From an uncultured Bacillota bacterium (GTDB lineage: Bacteria > Bacillota_I > Bacilli_A > RF39 > UBA660): a stretch of DNA of 64,000 bases. Positions within the stretch are counted from its first letter, which is position 1; every line of letters starts with the position of its first letter. The DNA is taken from NCBI GenBank assembly GCA_947364595.1, contig CANATJ010000001.1:26642-90641 (forward strand), written 5' to 3'. This document shows, one piece after another, positions 63,995 to 64,000 of this stretch. The position numbers were made by a program, and so were the translations under genes. A model generated the notes under the pieces. That model was not told the DNA's origin and ran no database searches. It saw nothing but the letters and a program-made list of their open reading frames with translations.

Positions 63995-64000
63995 TCATTA

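Noticed and set aside
63709-64000. Repeated perfect palindromes considered as transposon terminal inverted repeats or a REP/MITE-like mobile repeat
   Set aside because: Only the central 16-18 bp is conserved and the flanks differ. No transposase ORF or target-site duplication is present. The core exactly matches the parS consensus, so a centromere-like protein-binding array is the better explanation.
1-64000. CRISPR arrays, rRNA/tRNA genes, integrases/transposases
   Set aside because: No short regularly spaced direct repeats. No cloverleaf-like GC-rich 75 nt segments in intergenic regions. No recombinase-like ORFs in the track or in my reading.

Overview
This is a low-GC (~28% GC, by eye) Firmicute-type chromosome segment that spans the replication origin. 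It has four parts. (1) On the minus strand (1-20.3 kb) is a DUF5011-like surface-protein fragment, then truA, a tandem pair of heavily degenerate EcfA-like ABC ATPases with no EcfT, an M14-like peptidase, an SDR oxidoreductase and a divergent sigma-70-like gene. Upstream of these lies the complete S10-spc-alpha ribosomal-protein cluster (rpsJ ... rplQ, with rpmJ found by hand and no rpmD), whose sigma-A promoter and structured leader sit at about 20.05-20.21 kb. (2) A mixed region (20.3-42.4 kb) holds a GH25/SH3b muramidase, gpsA, rpmE, spoIIR, a DUF204 membrane protein, rlmH, a WalJ-like MBL hydrolase, a LysM-M23 peptidase, the replicative helicase, rplI, a small DHH/DHHA1 phosphoesterase, whiA, yvcK, trxB, lgt, uvrB, a DUF362 protein, an OmpR-type two-component system divergent from a membrane-anchored papain-like peptidase, and dapL. 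(3) A lysine-pathway cluster asd-lysC-dapA-dapB (42.6-46.4 kb). (4) The origin region (46.5-64.0 kb): an orphan parB/noc-like gene with a ~250 aa low-complexity repeat-containing linker and no adjacent parA, then rsmG-mnmG-mnmE-jag-yidC-rnpA-rpmH on the minus strand, DnaA-box clusters on both sides of dnaA, dnaA-dnaN, a ComK-family gene inserted between dnaN and recF, recF-gyrB-gyrA, and three perfect parS palindromes within 300 bp after gyrA. No rRNA, tRNA, CRISPR or obvious mobile element was seen. The most notable items are the parS triplet together with the orphan expanded ParB, the ori-proximal ComK homologue, the doubly degenerate ABC ATPase pair and the divergent sigma-like gene. All identifications rest on motifs read by eye and recalled family signatures, with no database search.
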